A DNA stretch of 64,000 nt from an uncultured Armatimonadia bacterium (GTDB lineage Bacteria > Armatimonadota > Zipacnadia > CAVVLO01). The notes beneath the pieces are model-generated. The model saw only the letters and a program-made list of their open reading frames with translations. It had not been told where the DNA came from and made no database searches. Positions 1 through 10,781 of the stretch are shown here, piece by piece. A program made the translations under genes and the position numbers. The DNA is taken from assembly GCA_963749155.1 (NCBI GenBank), contig CAVVLO010000001.1, positions 768,001 through 832,000 of the forward strand. Direction: 5' to 3'. Position 1 is the first letter of the stretch. The number at the start of each line of letters is the position of its first letter.

Positions 1-261
1 GGAGCTATCTTCCTGGGCGACTGGAGCTCGGAATCGCTCGGAGACTATTGGGCCGGGCCAAGTCACGTGCTGCCGACCACCGCAACGGCAAGGTTTACCA
101 GCCCGCTATCGGCAGCAGATTTCACCAGGCGCATCTCGCTGATCCAGTACAACAAGCAGGCGGCTCAGGCCGCGGCGCAAGGCACAGCCGCGATAGCGAA
201 AGCAGAAGGCTTTGACGCTCATGCGCGAGCGGCGCTTATGAGACTGGAGAAAGACCAGTAA
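1..261 (+). CDS. hisD: histidinol dehydrogenase, C-terminal part (5' truncated by window)
   Basis: Frame 1 from base 1 reads GAIFLG...ESLGDYWAGPSHVLPT...ARFTSPLS..DF...AEGFDAHARA, the HisD C-terminal signature; directly upstream of hisB. Confidence 0.95.
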   Translation, partial: GAIFLGDWSSESLGDYWAGPSHVLPTTATARFTSPLSAADFTRRISLIQYNKQAAQAAAQGTAAIAKAEGFDAHARAALMRLEKDQ

Positions 262-274
262 GGGGGTACTCCCT

Positions 275-862
275 ATGGCGCGTCTTTCATCCCTCGAACG
301 CAGAACCAAAGAGACAGATATCACCATCGAGCTGAACCTGGATGGCAGTGGCAAAGGCGACATTGTCACTCCAAGTGGCTTCTTCAGCCATATGCTGGGA
401 GCGCTGGCCAGGCACAGCGGCTTCGACCTGACCTGTCGGGTGCAGGGCGATGTGGACGTGGACCTGCATCACACGGTGGAGGACACCGGGCTGGTGCTGG
501 GCCAGGTGCTGCTGCAGGCGCTTGGCGACAAGACGGGCATCGAGCGGTATGGCCAATCTTTGTTGCCGATGGATGACGCCCTCGTGCTGGTCGCGGTGGA
601 TCTCTCTGGGCGTCCATATTTTGCCTCTGACCTGAGTTTCCCTCAGGAGCGCGCCGGTGAGTTCCCCGCAGTGCTTGCACTGGAGTTCTTCCGGGCTTTC
701 TCACAGGAGGGCAAGTTCAACCTGCACCTGGTCAGTTTTCGCGGGCAGGAGACGCATCACTTGCTGGAAGCGGCCTTCAAGGGGCTTGCCAGAGCGCTTA
801 AACAGGCGGCAGCCAGTACCGGCTCGGAAGGCGATGTGCCTAGCACCAAGGGTGTGCTGTAA
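275..862 (+). CDS. hisB: imidazoleglycerol-phosphate dehydratase
   Basis: RRTKETDI, FFSHML, DLHHTVED, PMDDAL, HHLLEAAFK, PSTKG motifs. Confidence 0.97.
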   Translation: MARLSSLERRTKETDITIELNLDGSGKGDIVTPSGFFSHMLGALARHSGFDLTCRVQGDVDVDLHHTVEDTGLVLGQVLLQALGDKTGIERYGQSLLPMDDALVLVAVDLSGRPYFASDLSFPQERAGEFPAVLALEFFRAFSQEGKFNLHLVSFRGQETHHLLEAAFKGLARALKQAAASTGSEGDVPSTKGVL

Positions 863-886
863 CGCGCAGAAGGAGACCTCTGCCTG

Positions 887-2368
887 ATGAAGCGGGTGCT
901 CACGCTCGACCTCGGCACGACCGCCTGCAAGGCCTGTTGTTTCGACCTCGAGGGGGAGCTGCTGGCTTTTGGCAGTTCCCCTTATCCTACCGATTACCCC
1001 GAACCTGGCTGGGCCGAGCAGTCGGCCGATGACTGGTGGCTGGCCGCGAAAACGGCGCTTGGACAAGCTCTTTCGCAGCTACAAGACCGCGACCACTTCG
1101 CAGCGATTGGGCTATCTTCCCAGAGAGAAACCGCTGTGCTGCTGGGAGCTTCCGGCGAACAACTTGGGCCTGCGCTCGTGTGGATGGACCGCAGATCGGC
1201 GGAGCAGGCCAATGAGCTTGCGGAAAGGTTTGGCAGGCTGGAGCTGCAACAACGCACGGGGCTGGTGCCAGATGCCACGTTCACCGCAACCAAGTTGCTC
1301 TGGCTGAAACAGAACGCCCCCGAGCAGCTTGCCCGGATGGCGACCTTCCTGCAGCCGAAGGATTATCTGGCTTTTCGGATGACCGGGCAGGCGACCTGCG
1401 ACCTCACCCTGGCGAGTCGCACCCTGATGCTGGACTTGCGTCTGAGGCAGTGGGATCCCGAGCTTGTAGAGGCTGCTGGCGCGCGCGAGGACCAATTGCC
1501 AAGGCTTGTGGACTCGACCGAGATCGTGGGAGAGCTAGTGCCAGAGGTGGCTACCGAGCTAGGCCTGCCGGCGGGGCTGCCAGTTGTCTCGGGCGCGGGG
1601 GACAGAGCTTGCGAGGCAGTTGGCGCGATGACTTCAACAGGGCGCGCAATGGAATCAACAGGCACCACGACCAATGTCTCGCTGCCGGTGGCCAGGTTGC
1701 CAGAGGCGCTGGATCCACGGGTGATCTGCTCGGTCCACGCGCTGCCAGGCCACTGGCTGGTGGAGCAAGGAATGTCAGCTACCGGTAGCCTGATGAAATG
1801 GCTGCGCGACGAGTTGTACGGCGGTGCAGCGGTTGCAGATTACGACGAAATTGATACTCAAAGCGCAGCTATACCGCCGGGCGCAGAGGGCCTGGTGATT
1901 TTGCCTTTCTTTATGGGGGCGCGTTCTACCAGGTGGAATCCGGCCGCGCGCGGCCTTATCAGCGGGCTCAGCCTGGGGCATACAAAGGCGCATCTGGCGC
2001 GGGCCGCAAGAGAGGGCATCGCCTGCGAGATTGCGGCTTGTTTCGAGCTGCTTGCAGGTATGGGTTATGCGCCTGGACAGGTTGCGATGATGGGCGGGGC
2101 ATCGGTCAGTGACCTGTTCGCCAAGATAAAAGCCTCGATGGCCAACCGGCCCTTCCTTCGGTTGAAACAGGCAGAAGCCTCATCAGTGGGCGCGGCGGCA
2201 CTCGCTTTCGCTGGGGTCGGACTGCTGGAGGCGCCGCTAGAATATGCCCGAAGGGCGAATCCCGTGGTGGCGCACTTCGATCCTGTAGATGAATGGGTGG
2301 AGCTATATGGCGACCTCAGAGCCAGATATGAGGCGCTGTGGGCAGCAAATGCGCCTCTTTTCGAATAA
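887..2368 (+). CDS. FGGY-family carbohydrate kinase (xylulokinase-like)
   Basis: LDLGTT, GWAEQ, SSQRET, WMDRR, KLLWLK, KDYL, GD, LPFFMGAR..W motifs; AGGAG SD. Confidence 0.9.
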   Translation: MKRVLTLDLGTTACKACCFDLEGELLAFGSSPYPTDYPEPGWAEQSADDWWLAAKTALGQALSQLQDRDHFAAIGLSSQRETAVLLGASGEQLGPALVWMDRRSAEQANELAERFGRLELQQRTGLVPDATFTATKLLWLKQNAPEQLARMATFLQPKDYLAFRMTGQATCDLTLASRTLMLDLRLRQWDPELVEAAGAREDQLPRLVDSTEIVGELVPEVATELGLPAGLPVVSGAGDRACEAVGAMTSTGRAMESTGTTTNVSLPVARLPEALDPRVICSVHALPGHWLVEQGMSATGSLMKWLRDELYGGAAVADYDEIDTQSAAIPPGAEGLVILPFFMGARSTRWNPAARGLISGLSLGHTKAHLARAAREGIACEIAACFELLAGMGYAPGQVAMMGGASVSDLFAKIKASMANRPFLRLKQAEASSVGAAALAFAGVGLLEAPLEYARRANPVVAHFDPVDEWVELYGDLRARYEALWAANAPLFE

Positions 2369-2377
2369 CAGAGGGGC

Positions 2378-3064
2378 TTAATGGCCGCCCGAGAGCAGCT
2401 TTGCGACCCGGCGCAGTCTGCGAGAGAGCATCCGGCCTGGCGGTTCCTGACTCTCGAGCAATTCGTCATGCGGGGTCAGTAAATCGTTCCCGCAGAGACG
2501 CTTCCACTTGGGGATTGCGCGTCTGTCTTCGCGTTGCCACCAGGAGAGTAGCAGCTTGAGCAGAGGGTGGGTCGGCCAGTTGGCAAAGTGCATTGACGTG
2601 CCCCAGTCGATAAAGGCGATTTTTGCCTCGGGAGTCACCATAACATTGGCGGCGCGCCTGAGGTCCCCATGGGCGATGGGGCGCTGGTGAAGTGATTCTA
2701 CCGCGGTCTCCATCTGGACGAGAGCGCGACGTTTGAGGGCTTCGTCTTTCAGATTGGCGAAAAGTGTGCCTTCGTAATATTCCATCACGAAGGCCCAGGG
2801 ATCGAGTAAACCGAGAAAGGCAGGGGCGAAGTCGACCTCGCCCAGGCGAGTATAAGCGCAGGCTTCCAGCCAGATGGAAAGGCGCCCGTAAGTGGCGCGG
2901 AGTAAAGCTGGCATCCGGCTGACATCTTTTATGACATAGCGCCGGCCATGCAACTGGGCAAGCCAAATTTCCGGCTTGGTATGGTCGCCTTGACTAAGCA
3001 CTCGCACCCTGGCAGCTTCCAAAGCTTTTCTGCCAAAGGGCGCGCTGGGAAGTGTAGTTTGCAT
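2378..3064 (-). CDS. small protein-kinase-like enzyme (RIO/Kdo-kinase-like)
   Basis: VIKD lysine, MEY hinge, HGDLRR..NV catalytic loop, IDWG (DFG-like). Confidence 0.75.
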   Translation of the reverse strand: MQTTLPSAPFGRKALEAARVRVLSQGDHTKPEIWLAQLHGRRYVIKDVSRMPALLRATYGRLSIWLEACAYTRLGEVDFAPAFLGLLDPWAFVMEYYEGTLFANLKDEALKRRALVQMETAVESLHQRPIAHGDLRRAANVMVTPEAKIAFIDWGTSMHFANWPTHPLLKLLLSWWQREDRRAIPKWKRLCGNDLLTPHDELLESQEPPGRMLSRRLRRVAKLLSGGH

Positions 3065-3183
3065 TGGCGCCTCCGCCCCTGATGATACTAGTGGCTTGCC
3101 GGAGTGTCAAAAGGTCACGGGTACCTTGTCTGATGTGCTATCCTTACGTTAAGTGAAGTTTCTGCCTTCTGGAGGCGTCTTTT

Positions 3184-4839
3184 ATGAAACTTAAGCTGCT
3201 GTGCGCTTCTGCCCTGCTGGGGCTTGCTGCTCTGGCCGGGGCGCAAATCGATGTCGCGGACCTGGCGCGCACCGGGCGCACAACTGAACCAACGGCCCTG
3301 TATACGGGAGCACTTGCAAGCGCGCCGACTGCAGGCAAACTTGACACTAACACCTTCTTCACGGTGCTCAACAAGCAGTCAGGCTGGTGGTATGCCGATG
3401 CGCTGGCGACCCTCACGAATCCAACCGGCGACTCCCTTGCCAAGGTCAGGGGTTATATCCCTGGATGGCAGGCAACGGTGGGACGCGAGGCAGTGATGGC
3501 TTTCAGCCTGTCGGGCGAACTGGTTTCGCCCCAAAGCCGGATCGGCCTGCGCAAAGTTTATTCCTGTGGGCCCCTGGTAGAAGATTTTAATGGCGATGGT
3601 GTGCTGGAGACAGTTGTCGGCGCAGTGGACGGCAGTCTGCTTTGCCTGTCTCCAACACGCGGTTCTGCCCTGTGGCTTGTGAAACTGGCGAAGAAGCCTC
3701 AATCGCTGGTAGCTTTCGGTGCGCCTCGTAGTGGCGCCGGTGGCGGTGGCACGACCTCTTTCGGCATCCAGGGCGGCTTGCCGGTTTCGGACACAGCCGC
3801 TGCCGCTCAGGCGCAGGCAGGACTATCCGAGTGGATTGCCCTGAAGCAGGCGCTGGATAATCCGATCTATTACAATGTCGCAGCCACTGACGGCAGTCAG
3901 GTGAAGGCTTTCGATGGCAACTCGGGCGACTTGCTTTGGACTTATGGCCTGGCTCAGGGGGGCCCTGTGCGACTTGCAGGGGGCGGATTGCTTCCTGCCC
4001 TCCTGGTGGCTAGTGAAAAAGCTGGCTTGCTGGCGTTGGACCAGTCCACAGGTTTGCCTCTGTGGCAGCGTCCGGACCTCAAACCTGCCGCCAAGGCCCA
4101 GCCTGTGGTGGGCGATCTGGCCGGCCTGGGAGAGCTTTCGGCAGCTATCGCGCTTGCAGGCGGCGGCACCATCTGCGTGCGCCTGGCTGATGGAGCCGGG
4201 ATATGGCGAGCCGCTCCAACCTTGCAAAATCCTGTTTTCGAGCCGGGCCGGTCGGTAACTGATTATTTGATGGCGGGCTATGACCCTGCGCTCAAGGCGC
4301 TGGTAGGCCTGAGAACAGGCGATGGGAGCCTTGCCTGGACTACCCCTGTTGGCGCGGAAGTAGTGGGCCTCTCGGCGGGCGATATTGATTATGATGGCGC
4401 CACTGAGCTGGTGGCTTCCCTTGCAACAAAAGCAAGCGGCCTGCTGTGCTGCGACCTTTGGTCAGGCGCAATCAAATACCGGGTAACTCCGCCAGCCCCT
4501 CCGACATCGCCGGCGATACTCGGCAATCTGGATTATGATTCCAAGGTCGAGGCGCTGGTGAATACCCAGTCTGGTCTGGCGGCCTGCTATCTCCCTTCGG
4601 GTACCCTGGCCTGGCAGCTTTGGGTGGGAGGCGATGCACTGGCGCCTGCCATCGGAGAGTTCGACAGTGACGGGCTGACGGACATCCTTGCGCTCGGTCC
4701 GCCGGATGGACTCTTCTGGTTGAAAGCCTCGCCCAGTCCGCGAGTGTATCTCTGGGCATGCGCGCGCGGAGATGCCTTCAATTCAGGCAATGTAATGTGG
4801 GCGATGGCTTATGGCGAGCGCCTTATAGAAGCGCGCTAG
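3184..4839 (+). CDS. secreted FG-GAP/VCBS + PQQ-like beta-propeller repeat protein
   Basis: Signal peptide; DFNGDGVLE, DIDYDGATE, NLDYDSKVE, EFDSDGLTD Ca-binding repeats alternating with G..LW PQQ-type repeats. Confidence 0.75.
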   Translation: MKLKLLCASALLGLAALAGAQIDVADLARTGRTTEPTALYTGALASAPTAGKLDTNTFFTVLNKQSGWWYADALATLTNPTGDSLAKVRGYIPGWQATVGREAVMAFSLSGELVSPQSRIGLRKVYSCGPLVEDFNGDGVLETVVGAVDGSLLCLSPTRGSALWLVKLAKKPQSLVAFGAPRSGAGGGGTTSFGIQGGLPVSDTAAAAQAQAGLSEWIALKQALDNPIYYNVAATDGSQVKAFDGNSGDLLWTYGLAQGGPVRLAGGGLLPALLVASEKAGLLALDQSTGLPLWQRPDLKPAAKAQPVVGDLAGLGELSAAIALAGGGTICVRLADGAGIWRAAPTLQNPVFEPGRSVTDYLMAGYDPALKALVGLRTGDGSLAWTTPVGAEVVGLSAGDIDYDGATELVASLATKASGLLCCDLWSGAIKYRVTPPAPPTSPAILGNLDYDSKVEALVNTQSGLAACYLPSGTLAWQLWVGGDALAPAIGEFDSDGLTDILALGPPDGLFWLKASPSPRVYLWACARGDAFNSGNVMWAMAYGERLIEAR

Positions 4840-4872
4840 GGAGAACTTGCCTGGTGTGAGGTCAATTTATAG

Positions 4873-5494
4873 ATGGTCCAAAGGCTAAAATCGGTGCTGC
4901 TAGTGCTGTCTGGCCCTTCCGGGGTCGGCAAGCGCACTGTGCGAGACGAGATGAAGAAACTCGTCCCGCAGCTTCCGGTTAGCATCTCTTGTACCACTCG
5001 TCCACTGAGGCAGGAAGATAACGAAGTGGATGGCATGCATTACTGGTTCCTCACTCGCGAGGCCTTCGAGACAGCTATCGAGGCGGGGGAGTTTCTCGAA
5101 TGGGCCGAGGTCGCGGGTAATCTCTACGGCACCCGGAAGGCCCAGGTGGACGCGCGACTAGAAGCCGGAGAGGACTCTGCTGCTGGAGCTGGACGTCCAG
5201 GGCGGCGCCAGTATGAAGCGGCTGTATCCTGATGCGGTGCTCGTGTTTGTGATGCCGCCGGATTGGGCCACTTTGGAGAGCAGGCTGATAAATCGGGGCA
5301 GCGAGGACGCTGCCAGCCTGCAGCGCAGACTCGGGATCGCAAGAGACGAACTGCGGTTCGGTTTCGAGCATTATGAATACCTAATCGTGAACCATACCGA
5401 CCGGGCTGAAGAGGCCGCGCGCGAAGTTGCTGCGATTTATCACGCCGAGTGCGCCCGACGCACTCGCCTGGGCTGGAGCGAAGTGGATGGTTGA
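4873..5494 (+). CDS. gmk: guanylate kinase (one frameshift near 5176, probably sequencing error)
   Basis: SGPSGVGK, SISCTTRP, DGMHYWF, FLEWAEV.GNLYGT in first frame; LLELDVQG...VMPPD...L.SRL..RG.E continues in the next frame. Confidence 0.93.
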
Positions 5495-6782
5495 ATCACC
5501 GTTGCAGTTCTTGCCTCTCAGGGAGCGCCATATCGTAGTTGGAGTTTCGAGCTCCATCGCGGCTTACAAGGCGTGCGAGCTGGTGCGTCAGCTCTTGAAG
5601 CGCGGCGCCGAAGTGCGCGTGGTGATGACCCGTAACGCCACCCAGCTTGTGGGGCCGAAGACCTTTGAAGCCCTTAGTGGTTATCCGGTGGGCATCGACA
5701 CCTTCGATACGAACCGGTGGCAGGACGACCATATCGGGCTGGCGGACTGGGCCGACTGTTTTGTGGTGGCGCCCGCGACGGCCAATGTAATTGGAAAACT
5801 TGCCGCTGGTCTGGCGGATGACCTGCTGACGACTGCCTCGCTTGCGATGACCTGTCCAAGGGCTATTGCTCCGGCGATGAACGAGCGGATGTATCTCAAC
5901 CCCCAGGTGCAGGAGAACCTTAGGCATCTTTCCCAGCACGGCTGGACAATTATCGAGCCTGGCACCGGCTTGCTTGCTTGCGGTAGCAGCGGGCCAGGGC
6001 GGCTTGCAGAGCCTGAAGACATCGCCGATATCGTGCAGGCGCTGGCCTTCGATCAGAGAGACTTCAGTGGCGCCAGGATTACCGTCACCGCTGGGCCAAC
6101 TTACGAAGCGCTGGACCCAGTCCGGTTTATAGGGAATCGTTCCTCTGGAAAGATGGGTTATGCGCTGGCCAGGGCCGCCAGGGATCGAGGCGCGCTGGTA
6201 ACGCTTATCTCGGGTCCCGTGGCTTTAACGCCACCGGCCGGGGTGCGTTTTATCGCAGCGGGCACAGCCAGAGAGATGCTGGCCGCTTCGTTAAAAGAGG
6301 CTAACGAAGCCGACGCCTTCATCGCTTGCGCCGCAGTTGGTGATTTTCGCGCGGCTTATCCCTCCGACACCAAACTAAAGCGCGAACAGGGCGAGCTTGC
6401 CATCGTGGTGCAGCCTAATCCTGATATCGTGGCTCAGGTCGCGCGCACCTTCCCGGAACTGGTCAAGGTCGGTTTCGCAGCCGAGAGCGACGATCTGCTG
6501 GCAAACGCCCAGGCAAAGCTCGCTTCCAAGCAACTCGATCTTATAGTGGCTAATGACATCTCGGCTTCTGATTCAGGTTTCGAAGTAGACACCAACCGCG
6601 CCCTGCTGATTGCACCTGGACTTGAGCCGATCGAGACAGAATTGCTTCCTAAAGAGGCCCTTGCCCACCTGGTGCTTGACCGCGTGGTGGAGCTGCTGGT
6701 GCGCAAAGGGCGTATCAAACGCTGGGCACTGACTTCTGGAGAGGCGGAGACAAACTCGGGCCCAACCGAGTCTGAGGGCTGA
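5487..6782 (+). CDS. coaBC: bifunctional phosphopantothenoylcysteine decarboxylase/phosphopantothenate-cysteine ligase
   Basis: SIAAYK, APATAN, PAMN..M, LACG..G.GRL, TAGPT.E.LDPVRFIGNRSSGKMG, VGFAAE. Confidence 0.97.
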   Translation: MVESPLQFLPLRERHIVVGVSSSIAAYKACELVRQLLKRGAEVRVVMTRNATQLVGPKTFEALSGYPVGIDTFDTNRWQDDHIGLADWADCFVVAPATANVIGKLAAGLADDLLTTASLAMTCPRAIAPAMNERMYLNPQVQENLRHLSQHGWTIIEPGTGLLACGSSGPGRLAEPEDIADIVQALAFDQRDFSGARITVTAGPTYEALDPVRFIGNRSSGKMGYALARAARDRGALVTLISGPVALTPPAGVRFIAAGTAREMLAASLKEANEADAFIACAAVGDFRAAYPSDTKLKREQGELAIVVQPNPDIVAQVARTFPELVKVGFAAESDDLLANAQAKLASKQLDLIVANDISASDSGFEVDTNRALLIAPGLEPIETELLPKEALAHLVLDRVVELLVRKGRIKRWALTSGEAETNSGPTESEG

Positions 6783-9230
6783 TGGCGGCGCGTTATGCTT
6801 CCGTGTTGCTCGATCGGGCTGGCCAGGGGCTCGCGGAAGCGCTGACTTACGAAATCCCCCCCTCTTTGGAAGGGCGCGTTGAGCGCGGCCATCTTGTACT
6901 GGCTCCCCTCAGGACAGGCCTCGAGACAGGCTTCGTGGTGGCAGTTACCGACAAGGCAGGAATCGAGGCTGACAAGCTCCGCCCCCTTTACCAGGTGCTT
7001 GGCGAGGAGCCTGTCATCCCCCCAGAACTCTTCGAACTGGCGCACTGGCTCGCATATGAGTATTTCGCGACCGTGCCTCAGGCTTTGAGAGCGATGCTGC
7101 CTGGCGGGCTGCGCAGGCGGGTCAGAAAGGTCGCTCGCTGGACTACTGGCGAGGGAGTGGAAGAGGCGCTTGCCAGGTCTCGCGGCGACACCAGAGAGCT
7201 GGTAGAGGCCGTTAGCAAGGTGTTGTCGGGCGGCGAGGCGCTGACCGAACAGCAGGTCATCGCAAGAGCCGGTGTCAAGGGCGCCAAGAAAGGCCTGAAA
7301 TGGCTGGTGGACCATCAGTTCGCCCGCCTGACCTGGGAACTCGCTCCGGCCGAGGGCAAGGCGCGCAAAGAGGTGCGCCTCAGAGTCGCGGATCATCTGC
7401 CCGAGGATACCTCGCTTACTGACAAGCAGGCTTCTGTCGTGGCGGTGCTGGTGGAGCTTGGTTTCGCTACGGCTTCAGAACTGGCGCGCGAAGCGGGGGT
7501 CTCCGCCAGTGTTGTCAAGGCTTTGCAGACGAAGGAAGTGCTGGTGGCGCAGGAGGAACGCGTCTGGCGCGATCCGGCAAAAGTTGATTTGAAAGATGGC
7601 TCAATCGGCCAGCCGCTTACCGACGAGCAAAAGACAGCGCTTGCGATAATCGAGCAAGCCCTTGAGGGAGAAGGCTCTCGCACCGTCTTGCTGCAAGGGG
7701 TAACAGGCAGCGGGAAGACTCGCGTCTATATGGAGGCTATCTCGCGCGTGCTGGAGCAGGGCAAAACCGCCCTGGTACTGGTGCCCGAGATCTCGCTTAC
7801 TGCCCAGGTCATCGGGCTGGCGGCTGACTGGTTCGGCACCCAGGTTGCAGTCTGGCACAGCGCGCTTTCTACTGGCGAACGCTTCGATGAATGGCAGCGG
7901 GTTAGAAGTGGCGAGGCGCGCGTGGTGATAGGAGCGCGTAGCGCGGTGCTTGCGCCAGTGCGAGACCTCGGCCTTATAGTGGTAGATGAAGAGTTTGAGA
8001 ACTCGTACAAGCAGGATTCACCCCCTCGTTATCACGCGGTGGAAGTAGCCGAATGGCGCGCTGCCAAGAGTGGCGCGGCGGTCGTGCTGGCTTCGGCAAC
8101 GCCCTCGCTGGAGGCCGCTTATCGAGCCGAGACTGGGACAATATCTCCATGCCAGGCTTACCGAGCGGATCGGCGAGAGCGTCCTCCCCGCGGTCAGTGT
8201 GATAGACCTGGGCAACCTGTCAGGCCGCGAACTGGCAGAGCGTGACTACATCACTGAAGAGCTGGAGAACGCCTTGCGCGACCGGCTGGTTCGGGGTGAG
8301 CAGTCGCTGCTTTTTCTCAACCGGAGAGGCTTCAGCCCGCTGGTCTCTTGCAACGAGTGCAACCAGACGCTCAAGTGCCCAAGCTGTGAGATCTCGCTGA
8401 CTTATCATCGGCGCGACCAGGCACTGAAGTGCCATTATTGTGGTTATGAGACGCCTCTGCCCGAGACCTGTTCGCATTGTGGAGGATATGACTGGCGCTT
8501 CATTGGGGCGGGCACCGAGCGGCTTGAAGACCGACTGCACGAGCTGCTGCCTGAAGCTCGCATCGGCAGGATGGATCGCGACACCATCAATACTCGCGAG
8601 GGCTATGTGCGAGTGTTCTCTCAGATGCGCGCCGGTGAGCTGGATATTTTGCTGGGCACCCAGATGGTCGCCAAGGGGTTTGACTTCCCCAAACTTACCC
8701 TGGTGGGAGTATTATTGGCCGAGCAGGCGTTAGGATTTTCAGACTTCCGCGCGGGAGAGCGGACTTTTCAATTGCTGGTGCAAGTCGCAGGCCGGGCTGG
8801 GCGAAGAGACACCCAGGGCCAGGTGCTGCTTCAGACTTATGATCCTGAGCATTATGCGATCAAGACTGCGATCGCTCAGGATTATGAGGCTTTCTACCAG
8901 GTCGAACTTGAAATGCGCAGGCAGGCTTGTTACCCTCCCGTTGGAGAGCTTTACCGGATTGTCTGCCGCGATCTTGATGGAGTGCTCGTAAGGCAGCGAC
9001 TGGTAAAGCTGGAAGCGATGCTGAAGCAGGAGCTGCCAGCCGAGGTGAGCCTGCTTCCCCCCACGCCGTGTCCCTTCGAGCGGCTGCAGGGGCAGTCCAG
9101 ATGGCATCTGTTGTTGAAGACACCGCACCGAGAACTGGTTCACAAGGTGCTTTGGGAGGTAATGAGGCGACTGGCTCCCAGCGAACGGAAGGGTATCTGG
9201 CTGGAGGTTGGGCCCCGGTCTTTGTTATGA
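6782..9230 (+). CDS. priA: primosomal protein N' (frameshift near 8136-8140, probably sequencing error)
   Basis: GVTGSGKT, LVPEISLT, IGARSA, DEE..SYKQ, SATPS, then FLNRRG, CxxC zinc knuckles, GTQMVAKGFDFP, QVAGRAGR in next frame. Confidence 0.95.
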
Positions 9231-9240
9231 GGTGGGAAAA

Positions 9241-9813
9241 ATGGCAACAATGAGAGTGTATGTATATCCGCAACCGGTGCTGGCGCGTAAAGCCAAAGCC
9301 ATTACGCGGATTGATAAAGAGATTCGCGAATTTGGCGCCAGGCTGGTTGAAACGATGCTTGAAGCTGACGGTGTTGGGCTGGCTGCTCCCCAGGTTGGGG
9401 AGTCTATCCGCGTAATCGCGCTTAATATGGATGATCGCCCTCGGGTCTTTATCAATCCACGCATCGTCGAACGCGAAGGGCGCCAGATTGAACTGGAAGG
9501 CTGTCTCAGCTTTCCCAGGTTGTATGGCGATGTCGTAAGGCCGGAAAAGGTTGTCGTAGAGGCTACCAGGTTGAACGGGAGACGCACCCGGGTCGAGGCG
9601 GAAGGGCTGATGGCGCGCGCTTTCTGCCATGAATGTGATCATCTCGATGGGATTACCTTTATCGAAAAAGTGATCGAACCGACGCTTGGCTGGCTGCTGC
9701 CTGATGAGGAGTCGGAAGAAGGCCTGCGCTTCGAGAAGACAAGCCTGGAGGAAGCAAAGCGGCTTCTGACCGAATATGGCGGCTATCCGATGCATCTGGA
9801 GGCCCAGAAGTGA
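9241..9813 (+). CDS. def: peptide deformylase
   Basis: GVGLAAPQVG, EGCLS, HECDHLDG. Confidence 0.97.
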   Translation: MATMRVYVYPQPVLARKAKAITRIDKEIREFGARLVETMLEADGVGLAAPQVGESIRVIALNMDDRPRVFINPRIVEREGRQIELEGCLSFPRLYGDVVRPEKVVVEATRLNGRRTRVEAEGLMARAFCHECDHLDGITFIEKVIEPTLGWLLPDEESEEGLRFEKTSLEEAKRLLTEYGGYPMHLEAQK

Positions 9814-10751
9814 AGCTGGTCTTCTTCGGCACGCCCGAGCCTGCCGCGCGAGTACTGAGCGCGCTTGCAGAGGCAGAGGGCTTTGAGCCAGAGTTGGTGG
9901 TGACGGCCCCGCCTCGCTGTAAAGGCCGCGGCAGAAAGCTCTGCCCAACCCAGGTAGCCGAAGTTGCCGAAGGGCTAAAGCTTCCGGTAATAACTCCCGA
10001 TAACGTAAGCGACCCTGAGGTAGTCGCGTGCCTGGAGGGATTGGAGAGCAAACTCGCTGTAATTGTCGCGTATGGACAGATACTGCGTCAGAACGTTCTG
10101 GATGCTTTTCCACTGGGCCTGGTCAATGTGCATTACTCGCTTTTGCCCAGGTGGAGAGGCGCGGCGCCAGTCGAGAGAGCCCTCCTGGCAGGAGACAAAT
10201 TGACGGGCGTGACGCTGATGCAGCTAGTGCAGAAGCTGGATGCCGGTGGTATAATCGCGCAGAATCAATTAACAATTGCTGAAGATCAGACCGCAGGCGA
10301 ACTGGAGGCAGAGCTGACCGAGCAAGGCATCAAGTTGCTGATCGAGACTCTGCCGAGGTATGCTGAAGGCGCAATCGAGCTTGTTCCACAGGAAGAATCG
10401 AGCGCAACGTATGCACCAAAACTTACTGTGGAGGAAGCCGAGATTGAGTGGCGAAAAACTGCTGAGCAGCTCGCGCGCGAGGTAAGAGCGTACAATCCGC
10501 GGCCTGGTGCTCGTGTAAGATTTGGAGACGGCTGGCTTATTATTTATGGCGCTGAAGCACTGCCTGATAAAGGTGAGGGCGCCCAGCCAGTTCCCGGTAC
10601 GATACTTGAGTGCATAAAGCAGCAGGGCTTCGTGGTGAAGTGCGGTCAGGGAGCGCTGCTCGTGAAAGAAGTCGTTCCTCCGGGACGCAGGCGGATGAAC
10701 GGCTGGGCTTTTCTGTGTGGTCAGCGGTTGCGAGTGGGAGCGCGGCTCTGA
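9810..10751 (+). CDS. fmt: methionyl-tRNA formyltransferase
   Basis: FFGTP, VAYGQIL, NVHYSLLPRWRGAAP, LDAG; follows def. Confidence 0.97.
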   Translation: MKLVFFGTPEPAARVLSALAEAEGFEPELVVTAPPRCKGRGRKLCPTQVAEVAEGLKLPVITPDNVSDPEVVACLEGLESKLAVIVAYGQILRQNVLDAFPLGLVNVHYSLLPRWRGAAPVERALLAGDKLTGVTLMQLVQKLDAGGIIAQNQLTIAEDQTAGELEAELTEQGIKLLIETLPRYAEGAIELVPQEESSATYAPKLTVEEAEIEWRKTAEQLAREVRAYNPRPGARVRFGDGWLIIYGAEALPDKGEGAQPVPGTILECIKQQGFVVKCGQGALLVKEVVPPGRRRMNGWAFLCGQRLRVGARL

Positions 10752-10781
10752 GAGCCAGACTTGGGAGGCTGATTTAGAGTT

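Noticed and set aside
4873..9230. gmk and priA as pseudogenes or programmed frameshifts
   Set aside because: Normally essential genes with otherwise intact motifs; no slippery heptamer seen; the same 1-nt error pattern occurs throughout the window.
8860..10113. Long antisense ORFs (also 6434-7396, 38769-40019, 44519-45682, 49939-50838)
   Set aside because: Shadows of well-supported genes, expected at high GC; no recognisable motifs.
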